Source: an uncultured Desulfobacula sp. (lineage in GTDB: Bacteria > Desulfobacterota > Desulfobacteria > Desulfobacterales > Desulfobacteraceae). From it: 46,577 nt of DNA. Below are positions 19,780-29,535 of the stretch, piece by piece. Position numbers and translations under genes: made by a program. The notes below the pieces were generated by a model. That model was not told the DNA's origin. It saw nothing but the letters and a program-made list of their open reading frames with translations, and did no database searches. The first letter of the stretch is position 1. Each line of letters begins with the position of its first letter. Location: the NCBI GenBank assembly GCA_964459195.1, contig CAYWNB010000004.1, positions 2,639 through 49,215 on the forward strand. The letters are read 5' to 3'.

Positions 19780-20860
19780 TGGAGGTGCCTCCGTCTTTTA
19801 ATAAAAACGCATTTTCCCTGTTGAACCTCACCTTGATAGTTTCACCCTCCTCGATCCTTGGAACTGACCCATCGTTATTGAGTCGCATGGTAAATATTTG
19901 CCCCTGTTCGGTGGCAAGTGTTACCACGGCATAGGCCCCCTCAAAACTGATGGTCTTCGTCCGGCAGGTCAATCGGTTCTCTGCATGGGAATCTGTTGCT
20001 AAGAATACGGTCTCCGGCCGGATAAAAATAGTGGCGGTCTCTCCTTTGTCCATGTGTTGGGGATTTTTACCAAAAAATGACCCGGCTGCTGTTTTGAGGA
20101 GGGCATAATCCCCATCAATACGGATGATATCGCCATCAACGATGTTGCTTTCGCCGACAAAGGATGCCACAAAAGCGGTTTTCGGGGTGTTGTAAATAAT
20201 ATCGGGTTTGGCCACCTGTTCGAGCTTGCCAATGGACATCACCCCCACCCGATCAGACATGGTTAAGGCTTCGGTCTGATCATGGGTGATATAAATAAAG
20301 GTGACATCGGTACGGCGTTGAATATTGCGCAGCTCAGCACGCATATGGTTTCTCAACCTCAGATCCAGGGCGGACAAGGGTTCGTCCAGCAGCAAAACAG
20401 CAGGGTTCACCGCCAGAGCCCTGGCGATGGCCACTCGCTGCTTTTGCCCGCCGGAAAGTTCGCTGACCATTCTATCGCCTGTTCCATAAAGATCCACAAG
20501 CTCAATGAGTTCTTCCACCTTTTTTTCTCGTTTTGCCTTTGCCACGTGGCGCACTTCCAGGCCAAATCCGATATTTTGAGCCACCGTCATCAGGGGGAAA
20601 AGAGCCAGGTTCTGGAATATCATGGCAGTTGGACGATTGTTGGATCCAATCTTACACATGTCTTTGCCGCCTATCTTTATTTGCCCTTCACTGGGATCCA
20701 TAAAGCCTGAAACCAGGCGCAACAATGTGGTTTTACCGCAACCAGACGGTCCTAAAAAACTGAAAAACTCCCCGGCCTGGATATGTACATTTATATCCCG
20801 AACTGCGTAAACTTCGTTGAAACGCATGCTAACACCCGATATCTCAACATCTTGGCCCAT
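19772..20860 (-). CDS. potA: ABC transporter ATP-binding protein, PotA-like (spermidine/putrescine type)
   Basis: Walker A GPSGCGKTT, signature LSGGQKQR, Walker B LLLDEP, and a C-terminal TOBE-like domain. Confidence 0.8.
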   Translation of the reverse strand: MGQDVEISGVSMRFNEVYAVRDINVHIQAGEFFSFLGPSGCGKTTLLRLVSGFMDPSEGQIKIGGKDMCKIGSNNRPTAMIFQNLALFPLMTVAQNIGFGLEVRHVAKAKREKKVEELIELVDLYGTGDRMVSELSGGQKQRVAIARALAVNPAVLLLDEPLSALDLRLRNHMRAELRNIQRRTDVTFIYITHDQTEALTMSDRVGVMSIGKLEQVAKPDIIYNTPKTAFVASFVGESNIVDGDIIRIDGDYALLKTAAGSFFGKNPQHMDKGETATIFIRPETVFLATDSHAENRLTCRTKTISFEGAYAVVTLATEQGQIFTMRLNNDGSVPRIEEGETIKVRFNRENAFLLKDGGTSIA

Positions 20861-20944
20861 CCTATCAATCCCTTACATCTATATAATTTTGAAACAATCG
20901 TCTCTTTTTTATTGTTTTTTTGGTATCTGTTTTTTTAGGGTTAC

Positions 20945-21001
20945 AAAAAGGCCACAGGCCCTGTTTTAAGAAAAACTTAAGGAACAGGACATGGGCCTTT
21001 T
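20945..21001 (-). terminator. Long imperfect hairpin followed by a U-run, between the solute-binding-protein gene and potA; an intercistronic attenuator or mRNA stabiliser
   Basis: Minus strand: AAAAGGCC..CCUGUU..UUAAG-UUUUU-CUUAA..AACAGG..GGCCUUUUU. Confidence 0.45.
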
Positions 21002-21009
21002 CCCTGCAG

Positions 21010-22185
21010 TTAGGCTGCCTGAAATTTGTCCCTGTATTCGGTACGCGCCGGAACAAACCACGGTTGTTCGTTGGGATACCACCACAGGTTATCAAGGGCA
21101 TTGCCTGGATAGGCGTCTTTGAACCCCTGCTTGGTCTTTTCATCCAACAGGTTGTCAACCCCTATTACAGGGCTGTTGTAACCGGTGGATTTTGCCATGA
21201 TGGCGCCGGCTTCTGGTGTATAGGCCCAGTTGAGAAAAGCATAGGCCTGTTCCAGATTCTCGGCATTTTTAACAATACTCATGGAATCAACCCAGGTCAT
21301 GGCCCCTTCCTTTGGTGCCATATAAGTAACCGGCTTGCCTTCTTTTTTCATGGTCATAATCGGACCGTCCCAGGTCTGGCCGATAAGGCAGCCATTTTGC
21401 AAAAATGCCAGCTGGTGATCCTGGGCGTTATTCCAGAACATTTTAATATTCTTTTTCTTGGAGATTAAGAATTTGAGAATTTCATCATAGACCTTGCGCA
21501 TTTTTGCTTCACTCTCATAGGTATCATACATCCTGTTGGAGGGAACCTGGCCTGTTGCATCCAGGTATAATCCGGCACCAACAAATACCGAATGCGGCCT
21601 ACAGGTCACTTTTTGTTCAAACTCATCTTCCCACATGGTGCCATAGGAGAGTTCACCATACTTATAATTTAGCTTATCCGTGTTAAAGGTGATCGCCTCT
21701 GTGCCCCAGTCATAGGGCAGGCCTATGCGTTTGCCATCAATAACACCCCCTTGCTCTTTAGATGATTCATAGAAGGAGGGTTGAAGGTTTTTCATGTTTG
21801 GAATTTTACTTTCGTTTATTGCCTGGTACAATTCAAATTCCATGTGCAGTGCGATTTCGGTGATGGAGGGCTGGGCAATGTCGAATCCCTTGGCACGGGC
21901 AGCACGCAATTTATTCATGCACTCCTGGTTGGAGGAGTAGTTGGTGACCTTGACCTTGATGCCGGTGGATTTTTCAAAGGCTTTGATGACTTCGGCTTTT
22001 GAGTAATCCGGCCAGGTATAAAGATTCAAATTACCCGAAGATGACAAGGCGTCTTTAATAAACCAGGGTCCCATGCTGGCCGTTGCATAAACACCAAGCC
22101 CTAAGGTTGTGGATTTTTTAATAAAAGATCGTCTGGTGATTGTTTGGGTGTCTTCTTCTTTTTGACTTTTTTTTTCCATTTTCAT
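21010..22185 (-). CDS. Extracellular solute-binding protein, PotD/PotF family, with a twin-arginine signal
   Basis: TRRSFIKKSTTLGLGVYATA Tat-like leader; family-1 SBP of 391 aa. Confidence 0.75.
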   Translation of the reverse strand: MKMEKKSQKEEDTQTITRRSFIKKSTTLGLGVYATASMGPWFIKDALSSSGNLNLYTWPDYSKAEVIKAFEKSTGIKVKVTNYSSNQECMNKLRAARAKGFDIAQPSITEIALHMEFELYQAINESKIPNMKNLQPSFYESSKEQGGVIDGKRIGLPYDWGTEAITFNTDKLNYKYGELSYGTMWEDEFEQKVTCRPHSVFVGAGLYLDATGQVPSNRMYDTYESEAKMRKVYDEILKFLISKKKNIKMFWNNAQDHQLAFLQNGCLIGQTWDGPIMTMKKEGKPVTYMAPKEGAMTWVDSMSIVKNAENLEQAYAFLNWAYTPEAGAIMAKSTGYNSPVIGVDNLLDEKTKQGFKDAYPGNALDNLWWYPNEQPWFVPARTEYRDKFQAA

Positions 22186-22550
22186 CTCCTTAATTTAAGT
22201 GTGAATAAAATGGCAATATAAAACAAATACAAGGAATAGAATGCCATTGCATTGTCGCTTCTTACCGGCATTGCACCGGTAATCAATAAAATTTTGCCCC
22301 AAAAGAATATTTTACACGAAAAGGCCTTTAAGAAACGAATGCCTTTGCATATTCATCTTCCAGATCATCGATTGTACAGCCTTCGATGGTAATAACCCCT
22401 TAAGTTACCTAGTTCTGCTCCATAGTGCAACGTTTTAAAAAAAAACCATGGAAACAAAAAACAAGTATCGCTATCGATGCTTTAAAAAAACCATTGATAT
22501 TAAAGGATGGTGACGGTGACGGCAAAGACCTGCCACCGGCTGAAAAATTT

Positions 22551-22573
22551 GGTGGGTGGGGGGGGAGGGGGTG
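22551..22573 (+). repeat. G-rich tract GGTGGGTGGGGGGGGAGGGGGTG. It has G-quadruplex potential on the plus strand and is a C-rich, rut-like tract on the minus-strand transcript.
   Basis: Read directly. It lies 11 nt downstream of the metallophosphoesterase stop codon. Confidence 0.6.
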
Positions 22574-22583
22574 AAGCCAGTCG

Positions 22584-23447
22584 CTACTCGGGAGTGTCAT
22601 TTCCCGAAACTAATTCCTCAGAAAAACTCACAGAATCCCCGTCAAGAAAAATCCTTGTCAAATAAATCTGCATTTTATGGGTACCCCAGTTTTTATAAAA
22701 CAAAAACATATTATCGTCATTATCATGGTTACAAGAGGATAACGAACCCACCATATACTGGGTAAAAGAGTGATTAAAATAAAGATCTGTGGTCTGTCTT
22801 AAATCCAGCTGGTGGGTGTGCCCGCAGAAGACATGGCCTATTTTATGTTCTCTGACAAAATCAGTTAAAGACAAAGAATTTAGAAGGGGTCCCTCATCTG
22901 TGGCTAGAATCGAGTGGTGAATCAGCATCAGGGACACATCATATTTCATCCGGCTGATTTTTTTTGAGATCTTCCTTAAAACTTCCTCTTCAACAACCCC
23001 GTCATCATTGGAAAGCTGATTTGAATCTATGCAAATAATCAGCACAGTCACTCCATTGATGGTAAAAACCTTGATATAGTTAAGATCCGTAAAGTTATCT
23101 TTTATTTTGGTAATATCTCGTTTTAAAAAAAGGTTTTTCTTGGTGGTAAGCTCCGGTCTTAACGGAGAAATGATCTCATTCTTGTATATGTATTTCTTAA
23201 AATATTCATGTGAGCGCATATTTCGTTTGTCATGGTTGCCGATAATAGAAATCACATTTTCACAGGTAATCCCCTTTAAAAATTGTCCTGCTTCCTGATA
23301 TTCACTTTCCAGCCCATCTGAGGTGCTGTCACCCGTATTGATTACGATATCGGCATCATATGAATTGAGTTTCTCCAACAATAGGTCATCATTGCCCTCC
23401 CAATGCCGCGGTCCAAAATGCAAATCCGATATGTGTAAGATATTCAT
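22584..23447 (-). CDS. Calcineurin-like metallophosphoesterase
   Basis: Motifs ISDLHFG, GDSTSDG, GNHD and GHTH. The gene is noticeably AT-rich compared with its neighbours. Confidence 0.8.
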   Translation of the reverse strand: MNILHISDLHFGPRHWEGNDDLLLEKLNSYDADIVINTGDSTSDGLESEYQEAGQFLKGITCENVISIIGNHDKRNMRSHEYFKKYIYKNEIISPLRPELTTKKNLFLKRDITKIKDNFTDLNYIKVFTINGVTVLIICIDSNQLSNDDGVVEEEVLRKISKKISRMKYDVSLMLIHHSILATDEGPLLNSLSLTDFVREHKIGHVFCGHTHQLDLRQTTDLYFNHSFTQYMVGSLSSCNHDNDDNMFLFYKNWGTHKMQIYLTRIFLDGDSVSFSEELVSGNDTPE

Positions 23448-23641
23448 TCCAGCTTTCCTTTGTTAAGCAGGGAGGCGCCCTTTACCATAGAAGCGGGTAA
23501 CCAAATCCAGGGGGGTTTGCCCATATGTTTTTAGTTTAATCAGCATGTATTTGCACTTAGTATAATAGTTACCCTCTGGTGTAAAGTTAATTAATTACCA
23601 GGAATATATTTAGCATCAAACTTAAAAAATGGTTTGAAACG

Positions 23642-24277
23642 CTATTTCTTACCCCGGGTGGGACAGATGTCAAACATGGGACAGATATTGCACAAGGGCT
23701 TTTTGGCATCACAGATCTCCCGGCCAAAATAGATAAACTGGAGGGATAAATCGCTCCAGGAAGATTTCGGGATGATTTCCATGAGTTCAAACTCCACTTT
23801 TACCGGGTCCTTCTTGTCGGTGAGACCCAGTCTGTTGGAGAGCCTCAAAACATGGGTATCCACCACAATGGCATCATATCCAAAGGCAGCCGATCTTACC
23901 ACATTGGCGGTTTTTCGCCCCACCCCGGGTAGGCAGATCAATGATTCAATACTCTTGGGAACCATACTTGTGTGATTATCCAAAATAGATTGGGCACAGG
24001 CCTTGATATTTTTAGCCTTGTTGTTGTAAAATCCGGTTGAATAGATAATACGTTTAATATCCTTTAAGGGTGCCGCGGCAAGGGCACCTGGATCCGGATA
24101 AATGGCAAACAGTTTTTTTGTCACCTTGTTGACCTGATTATCCGTACATTGTGCCGACATAATGGTTGCAATGAGCAATTGAAAAGGCGTTGTATGATCC
24201 AGCTGGGTCTTGACAACCGGATACCGCTCCTTTAATCTTTTAAGCAGTGTACTAATTTTTATTAAATCTAAAATCAT
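23642..24277 (-). CDS. nth: Endonuclease III
   Basis: HhH-GPD fold (LPGVGRKTANVV) and a C-terminal 4Fe-4S loop CDAKKPLCNICPMFDICP. Confidence 0.9.
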   Translation of the reverse strand: MILDLIKISTLLKRLKERYPVVKTQLDHTTPFQLLIATIMSAQCTDNQVNKVTKKLFAIYPDPGALAAAPLKDIKRIIYSTGFYNNKAKNIKACAQSILDNHTSMVPKSIESLICLPGVGRKTANVVRSAAFGYDAIVVDTHVLRLSNRLGLTDKKDPVKVEFELMEIIPKSSWSDLSLQFIYFGREICDAKKPLCNICPMFDICPTRGKK

Positions 24278-24290
24278 AGAGCATTTATAT

Positions 24291-25292
24291 ATGAATCAAA
24301 AAAAAACCACAAGACAGATTAAGGCCCTGGGGCTGTGTTCAGGGGGGTTGGACAGCATCCTCTCCGCCCTGGTATTAAGAAAACAGGGGATTGATGTCAC
24401 CTGGATCAGCTTTGAAACCCCATTCTTTTCATCGGAATCCGCCCAGAAAGCATCCGGCCAAACCGGCATCAACCTCATCATCCAGGACATTACAAAGGAA
24501 TATATGGAGATGATGAAAGCCCCCAGGGGCGGCTTTGGGAAAAACATGAACCCCTGCGTGGACTGTCACACCTTGATGTTTGCACAAGCTGGCACCCGTA
24601 TGCGAGAAGAAGGGTTTGATTTTTTATTCAGCGGAGAAGTTTTAGGCCAGAGACCCAAGTCACAAACCAAGAATGCCATGAGATCTGTTGAAAAAAACTC
24701 CGGATTTGAGGGAGATCTTCTGCGCCCCCTAAGTGCAAAATGCCTGCCGGAAACCCGCATGGAACAACAGGGCTTGGTAGACCGGGCGAGGCTCATGGAT
24801 ATAACCGGCCGTTCCAGAAAGGTACAGATACAGATGGCCCGCGAGTTTGGCATCAAAGAATACCCGGCACCTGCCGGGGGATGCCTTTTAACGGACAAAA
24901 TTTTTTCCAACCGGCTTCGGGACCTTTTATATGTACAAAAAACCGATGAGACGCGACTGCTACAGCTCTTAAAATTTGGACGTCACTTCAGGCTGGACAA
25001 TGAATGCAAGCTGATTGTGGGGCGGTCAAAAAACGACAATGAGCAGATCCTCGCCTGGTATGACAAAACCCAAGACATCCGACTGCGACATGCTGAGATG
25101 GCCGGGCCGGATGTAATTCTCCTGGGCAATTTTTCCGATTCACACATCAAGACTGCGGCCCAAATCACTGCGGGATATACCAAGTCAAAACCCGGTGAAA
25201 CCACCTCCATCCGAGTGATTGAAAAAGGAGAAAAGACCCTTCTCAAGGTTTTAACCCCTCAACCCGGCATCTTTGAAGATCTGATGATATAA
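24291..25292 (+). CDS. PP-loop ATP-pyrophosphatase, ThiI/MnmA-like (putative tRNA sulfurtransferase)
   Basis: CSGGLDS PP-loop, NPCVDCH, GEVLGQRPKSQT, LLRPL. Start taken at ATG 24291, because the track extension overlaps nth. Confidence 0.6.
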   Translation: MNQKKTTRQIKALGLCSGGLDSILSALVLRKQGIDVTWISFETPFFSSESAQKASGQTGINLIIQDITKEYMEMMKAPRGGFGKNMNPCVDCHTLMFAQAGTRMREEGFDFLFSGEVLGQRPKSQTKNAMRSVEKNSGFEGDLLRPLSAKCLPETRMEQQGLVDRARLMDITGRSRKVQIQMAREFGIKEYPAPAGGCLLTDKIFSNRLRDLLYVQKTDETRLLQLLKFGRHFRLDNECKLIVGRSKNDNEQILAWYDKTQDIRLRHAEMAGPDVILLGNFSDSHIKTAAQITAGYTKSKPGETTSIRVIEKGEKTLLKVLTPQPGIFEDLMI

Positions 25293-25304
25293 AAAAACCC
25301 GGGA

Positions 25305-25790
25305 TTAATAATAAATCATTTTTTCCCAAAATTCTTTTTCATCCTTATCCCAGTCTGGACCAAATTTTTCTTCACAGAAAAAAGACAGACGTGTATACCA
25401 GCTCGTCCAGGGATTTTTACCCTCTTTTTTAGCCACCAACACATCCATGAGAAATGCTTCGATGTTGATCATCTCTTCCTTGGGAATATAGGAACTGGCA
25501 CCACCCAGATATGATTTTTTAATATTCTCGGGACTCAGGGCATGGGCTGTCAGCATAACGGTTACCACATTTTTTTTGTTTGCGGTTTCCAGCAGCTGAT
25601 ACCCGTCCACCCCCATGATATCTAAAATTGCGATATCAAACTCCTGGGTTTCAAGAAGGTGGTTTGCATCCTCATAGGTTTCAGCTCTGACTGTGGTACA
25701 CATATCGAGCAGTTCTTCCAGGGAATCAAGAACATCCGGTTCATCATCAACAATCAATATTTTTTTGTTTTCCAAATTGCTATTTGACAT
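25305..25790 (-). CDS. Single-domain response regulator (CheY-like receiver) with a short C-terminal extension
   Basis: KKILIVDDEPDV, DIAILDIMGVDG, TAHA. There is no adjacent histidine kinase. Confidence 0.8.
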   Translation of the reverse strand: MSNSNLENKKILIVDDEPDVLDSLEELLDMCTTVRAETYEDANHLLETQEFDIAILDIMGVDGYQLLETANKKNVVTVMLTAHALSPENIKKSYLGGASSYIPKEEMINIEAFLMDVLVAKKEGKNPWTSWYTRLSFFCEEKFGPDWDKDEKEFWEKMIYY

Positions 25791-25890
25791 ATTTTTTTCC
25801 CATAGCTTAAAGTTAGTCTCATAAAATCATTTAGAATAAAATCATTTAGAATAAGATAAGTCCTATCCGGATAGTTTCAATCCCTTTGGT

Positions 25891-26958
25891 TTACAGCGCC
25901 TCGGATTTTGCTTTGAGCTGACCGCAGGCCGCCGAAATATCAGCCCCCTTACTCTTCCTTGTCATGGCCGTCATGTCATTGTCCAGCAGAATCTGAAGGA
26001 ATGATAAAATCTGTTTGGATCCGGGCCGTTTAAAGGAGGATTCTTCATGTTCATTAAAGGGAATCAGATTGACCTTTGCCCTTATGGGTAACAAAAGTTT
26101 CACAAGCTTCAGGGCATCTTCCCTGGAATCATTGATCCCTTTAATAAGGATATACTCAAAGGTAATCTTGTTTCTGGGTTTCATGGTAAATTCTTGACAG
26201 GCTTCCAGCAAAGCCCCGATGGGGTATTTATCATTGATGGGCATTAGTTGGGATCTTGTCTTGTCATCGACGGCATTGAGGGAGACGGCCAGATTGACAT
26301 CGGTGTTCAGTCCCAATTGTACAATCTTAGGAATCAGACCCGAGGTGGAAACGGTCACCCGCCTTGCGGCAAATTTCATGCCGTAATCCGTGTCCAAAAT
26401 AATCTTGAGGGACTTGATAAGGGTGTCGTAGTTAGCAAGGGGCTCCCCCATGCCCATGAAAACAATATTAGAAAGTTTAAGGGGATCTATTTTTTTTTGA
26501 ACCAGAAAAAAACGTGCATCCCGCACCTGGGATATGATTTCCGCCACGGTGAGATTGCGCTTAAATCCGCCCCTGGCCGTCAGACAAAATTCACACCCCA
26601 TGGCACATCCCACCTGGGTGGAAACGCAAAGGGTAAAATGATCCTTTTCAGGTATCAAAACAGTCTCTATGTGGTGACCGTCCTCCAGCTGAAATAAAAA
26701 TTTTTCAGTGGTGTCAGTTGAGACCTGTTTGTCTTCAAGGTCAAGCCGGGACAAATAAAAATTTTCTGTCAGCAGGCACCGCAACTCCTTGCCAAGGTCG
26801 GTCATTTCATCAAAACTTTGGGCCTGCTTTAGATAGATCCATTTGAAAATCTGACCGGCCCGAAAAGATCTGGACCCTTTATCTTCAAGCCATTTGGCCA
26901 GTTCTTCCCGGGTATAATTTTGTATGTTTTCCATGTGTTTCAACCTGTTTAATTTCAT
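25891..26958 (-). CDS. rlmN: 23S rRNA (adenine2503-C2)/tRNA methyltransferase RlmN (radical SAM)
   Basis: FRAGQIFKWIY, the CAMGCEFCLT radical-SAM motif, and the C-terminal ISAACGQL. Confidence 0.9.
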   Translation of the reverse strand: MKLNRLKHMENIQNYTREELAKWLEDKGSRSFRAGQIFKWIYLKQAQSFDEMTDLGKELRCLLTENFYLSRLDLEDKQVSTDTTEKFLFQLEDGHHIETVLIPEKDHFTLCVSTQVGCAMGCEFCLTARGGFKRNLTVAEIISQVRDARFFLVQKKIDPLKLSNIVFMGMGEPLANYDTLIKSLKIILDTDYGMKFAARRVTVSTSGLIPKIVQLGLNTDVNLAVSLNAVDDKTRSQLMPINDKYPIGALLEACQEFTMKPRNKITFEYILIKGINDSREDALKLVKLLLPIRAKVNLIPFNEHEESSFKRPGSKQILSFLQILLDNDMTAMTRKSKGADISAACGQLKAKSEAL

Positions 26959-27030
26959 TATTTCCTTGACATATCACGGAATCTACACTAAATTCAATGA
27001 TTTGATTTGATATTTGAGGCAAGGCCCTTT

Positions 27031-28356
27031 ATGTTTGAAAATTTGAGTGACAGACTTGAATCCGTCTTTAAAAAATTAAAGGGCCACGGCACCCTGAACG
27101 AGAAGAACATCGAAGATGGCTTAAAGCAAGTGAGGATGGCACTTCTCGAAGCGGATGTCAATTATAAGGTTGCAAAAAATGTCATTTCAGATATAAAGGC
27201 CAGGGCATTGGGTCAGGAGGTCATGCAAAGTCTGACCCCGGGCCAGCAGGTCATTAAAATTGTAAACGAAGAGTTTACCAGAATGATGGGATCCACCCAC
27301 CAGGAGTTAAATCTTGAGGGGAAAGCTTTGGGGTCTGTTATGCTGGTGGGGCTGCAGGGGTCGGGTAAAACTACCACAGCAGGGAAATTGGCTTATTACC
27401 TGCGCAAACAGGGAAGAAAGCCCTTCCTCGTACCCGTTGATGTTTACAGACCGGCTGCCATTGATCAGCTGAAAAAAATTGGAAACCAGTTGGATATACC
27501 GGTTTTCCAATCCACAACGGATATGAAGCCGTTAAAGATTTGTCAGGATGCCCAATTGGCGGCAAGGGAGCTTGGATGCGACACCCTGTTGTTTGATACG
27601 GCTGGCAGGCTGCATCTTGATGATGCGTTAATGAAAGAACTTGAAGATATTAAAACAGGGCTGAACCCATCGGAAATCCTTCTGGTGGCCGATGCCATGA
27701 CAGGCCAGGACGCAGTTAATATTGCCGGATCCTTTGACAAACGACTGGATCTGGATGGCTTTATTTTGACAAAAATGGATGGAGATGCCCGGGGTGGGGC
27801 CGCTCTTTCCATAAAAGCTGTAACAGGTAAACCCCTGAAATTTATTGGGGTGGGTGAAAAATCGACCGCCCTTGAGCCCTTCCATCCGGATCGGATGGCA
27901 TCCCGGATACTGGGAATGGGAGATGCCCTTTCCTTTATTGAAAAGGCACAGGATTCGGTTGATCAGAAAGAGGCCAAGGCCCTTGAACAAAAACTGAGAA
28001 AAAATAACTTTACCCTTGAAGATTTTCGGAATCAGATGAAATCTGTGAGGAAAATGGGATCCATAAAGGATCTGATCGGCATGTTGCCGGGGATGAACAA
28101 AAAACAATTGGCAGGATTAAATATTGATGACAAGGAATTTGGCAGAATAGAGGCCATCATCAATTCCATGACCCCGAAAGAAAGGTCAAATCATGCCATG
28201 ATAAAAGGATCCAGAAAAAAACGGATTGCCAATGGAAGCGGAACAAGCGTACAGGACGTCAACAAGCTTCTGAAAAGCTATACCCAGTCAATGAAAATGA
28301 TCAAAAAATTTAATAAAGGCGGCATGCGCTCATTAAAAAACATGCTGCCGTTTTAA
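27031..28356 (+). CDS. ffh: Signal recognition particle protein Ffh
   Basis: [47 protein letters not shown], and a Met-rich M domain. Confidence 0.95.
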   Translation: MFENLSDRLESVFKKLKGHGTLNEKNIEDGLKQVRMALLEADVNYKVAKNVISDIKARALGQEVMQSLTPGQQVIKIVNEEFTRMMGSTHQELNLEGKALGSVMLVGLQGSGKTTTAGKLAYYLRKQGRKPFLVPVDVYRPAAIDQLKKIGNQLDIPVFQSTTDMKPLKICQDAQLAARELGCDTLLFDTAGRLHLDDALMKELEDIKTGLNPSEILLVADAMTGQDAVNIAGSFDKRLDLDGFILTKMDGDARGGAALSIKAVTGKPLKFIGVGEKSTALEPFHPDRMASRILGMGDALSFIEKAQDSVDQKEAKALEQKLRKNNFTLEDFRNQMKSVRKMGSIKDLIGMLPGMNKKQLAGLNIDDKEFGRIEAIINSMTPKERSNHAMIKGSRKKRIANGSGTSVQDVNKLLKSYTQSMKMIKKFNKGGMRSLKNMLPF

Positions 28357-28370
28357 GGAGAAGGAAACAT

Positions 28371-28625
28371 ATGTCCGTAAGAATCAGATTGACCCGAAAA
28401 GGCACAAAGAAAAAACCGTTTTACAGAATAGTAGCTGCTGATGTTGAAGCGCCCCGGGATGGCAAATTTTTGGAAGCTCTTGGGACCTATAATCCCATGA
28501 CAGAACCGGCCATCATTACCCTTAAAGAAGATAGAATAAACTATTGGCTGGGCGAAGGTGCGAAACCCTCCACCACAGTGCAAAGTCTGTTTAAAAGCCA
28601 GGGATTTACAGGCGCTGCTGCTTAA
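28371..28625 (+). CDS. rpsP: 30S ribosomal protein S16
   Basis: [24 protein letters not shown]. Confidence 0.95.
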   Translation: MSVRIRLTRKGTKKKPFYRIVAADVEAPRDGKFLEALGTYNPMTEPAIITLKEDRINYWLGEGAKPSTTVQSLFKSQGFTGAAA

Positions 28626-28683
28626 GATTCAACCTGTCCGCCTCGGATAATTTTTAGGATTCTCATTTAAAGGAAATGTTTTT

Positions 28684-28914
28684 ATGAAAGAGCTGGTAGA
28701 ATACATTGCAAAAGCATTGGTAGATAATCCTGATGAGGTTGTAGTATCTGAAGTGGTGGGGGATCAGACTTCTGTACTGGAACTGAAGGTGGCAAAGGAT
28801 GACCTAGGAAAAGTAATTGGCAAGCAGGGCAGGTCTGCCCGGGCAATGAGAACCATCCTAAGCGCATCCTCGACCAAACTTAAGAAACGGACTGTTCTGG
28901 AGATCATTGAGTAA
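28684..28914 (+). CDS. KH-domain RNA-binding protein (YlqC/UPF0109)
   Basis: [18 protein letters not shown]. It sits in the conserved position between rpsP and rimM. Confidence 0.9.
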   Translation: MKELVEYIAKALVDNPDEVVVSEVVGDQTSVLELKVAKDDLGKVIGKQGRSARAMRTILSASSTKLKKRTVLEIIE

Positions 28915-28916
28915 GG

Positions 28917-29462
28917 ATGGGGAAAGAACACCTGCTGACCATAGGCAAGGTAACCGGGGTACACGGCCTTAAGGGAAATCTCAAGGTCTGGTCCTTTGCA
29001 GAATCGGTTGATACCTTTGGAAAAGGCCGGCAGATCTGGCTTAAGTCTGAACAAGAGGAAACGGGTGAGGAATATACCATTCTCACTGCCTCTGCCCGGA
29101 AGAAAGGGGTTTTGATCAGCTTAAATCATGTGAACACTGTGGAACTTGCAGAGCAATTGATCGGATGCGAGATCCTTATCAGTAAAGATCAATTGCCTGA
29201 AATTGAAGAGGATGCCTGGTATTGGCAGGATCTTTACGGGTTAATAGTCATTGACAATAGCCTTGGACGTCTGGGAACCATTGAGCGTATCTTCCCCACC
29301 AATGCCAATGATATGCTGGTTGTCGTTGATAAGGATGTACCAGATAAGAATACAAAGGGGGATTCAGAAATCTTGATTCCCATGCATGAACACTTTATTG
29401 AATCCGTGGATTTGGATGCAGGGATTGTAACCACCACCCTGCCCGACGGGTACTGCTCATGA
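28917..29462 (+). CDS. rimM: Ribosome maturation factor RimM
   Basis: GKVTGVHGLKGNLKV; PRC-barrel C-terminus. Confidence 0.9.
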   Translation: MGKEHLLTIGKVTGVHGLKGNLKVWSFAESVDTFGKGRQIWLKSEQEETGEEYTILTASARKKGVLISLNHVNTVELAEQLIGCEILISKDQLPEIEEDAWYWQDLYGLIVIDNSLGRLGTIERIFPTNANDMLVVVDKDVPDKNTKGDSEILIPMHEHFIESVDLDAGIVTTTLPDGYCS

Positions 29463-29472
29463 TGGAGAGGAC

Positions 29473-29526
29473 TCCTGAATGGGCACTTAATCCTAAATGG
29501 GCACCAACTCCTAAATGGGCACTATA
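29473..29526 (+). repeat. Three tandem 18-bp units with core TCCT(G/A)AATGGGCAC (copies at 29473, 29491 and 29509), filling the rimM-trmD spacer
   Basis: Read directly; the period is exactly 18 nt. Confidence 0.9.
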
Positions 29527-29535
29527 GGACAGGTC

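Noticed and set aside
22328-22399. Minus-strand 23-codon fragment GVITIEGCTIDDLEDEYAKAFVS-stop that looks like the C-terminus of a small protein (antitoxin-like feel)
   Set aside because: A TAA lies immediately upstream in frame and there is no start codon. At best it is a gene remnant, and I cannot assign a family.
22409-22600. Track ORF 22409..22600 (-), 63 aa, proline-rich
   Set aside because: It is a translation of the C-rich complement of the G-tract and overlaps the phosphoesterase stop. Its composition is not protein-like.
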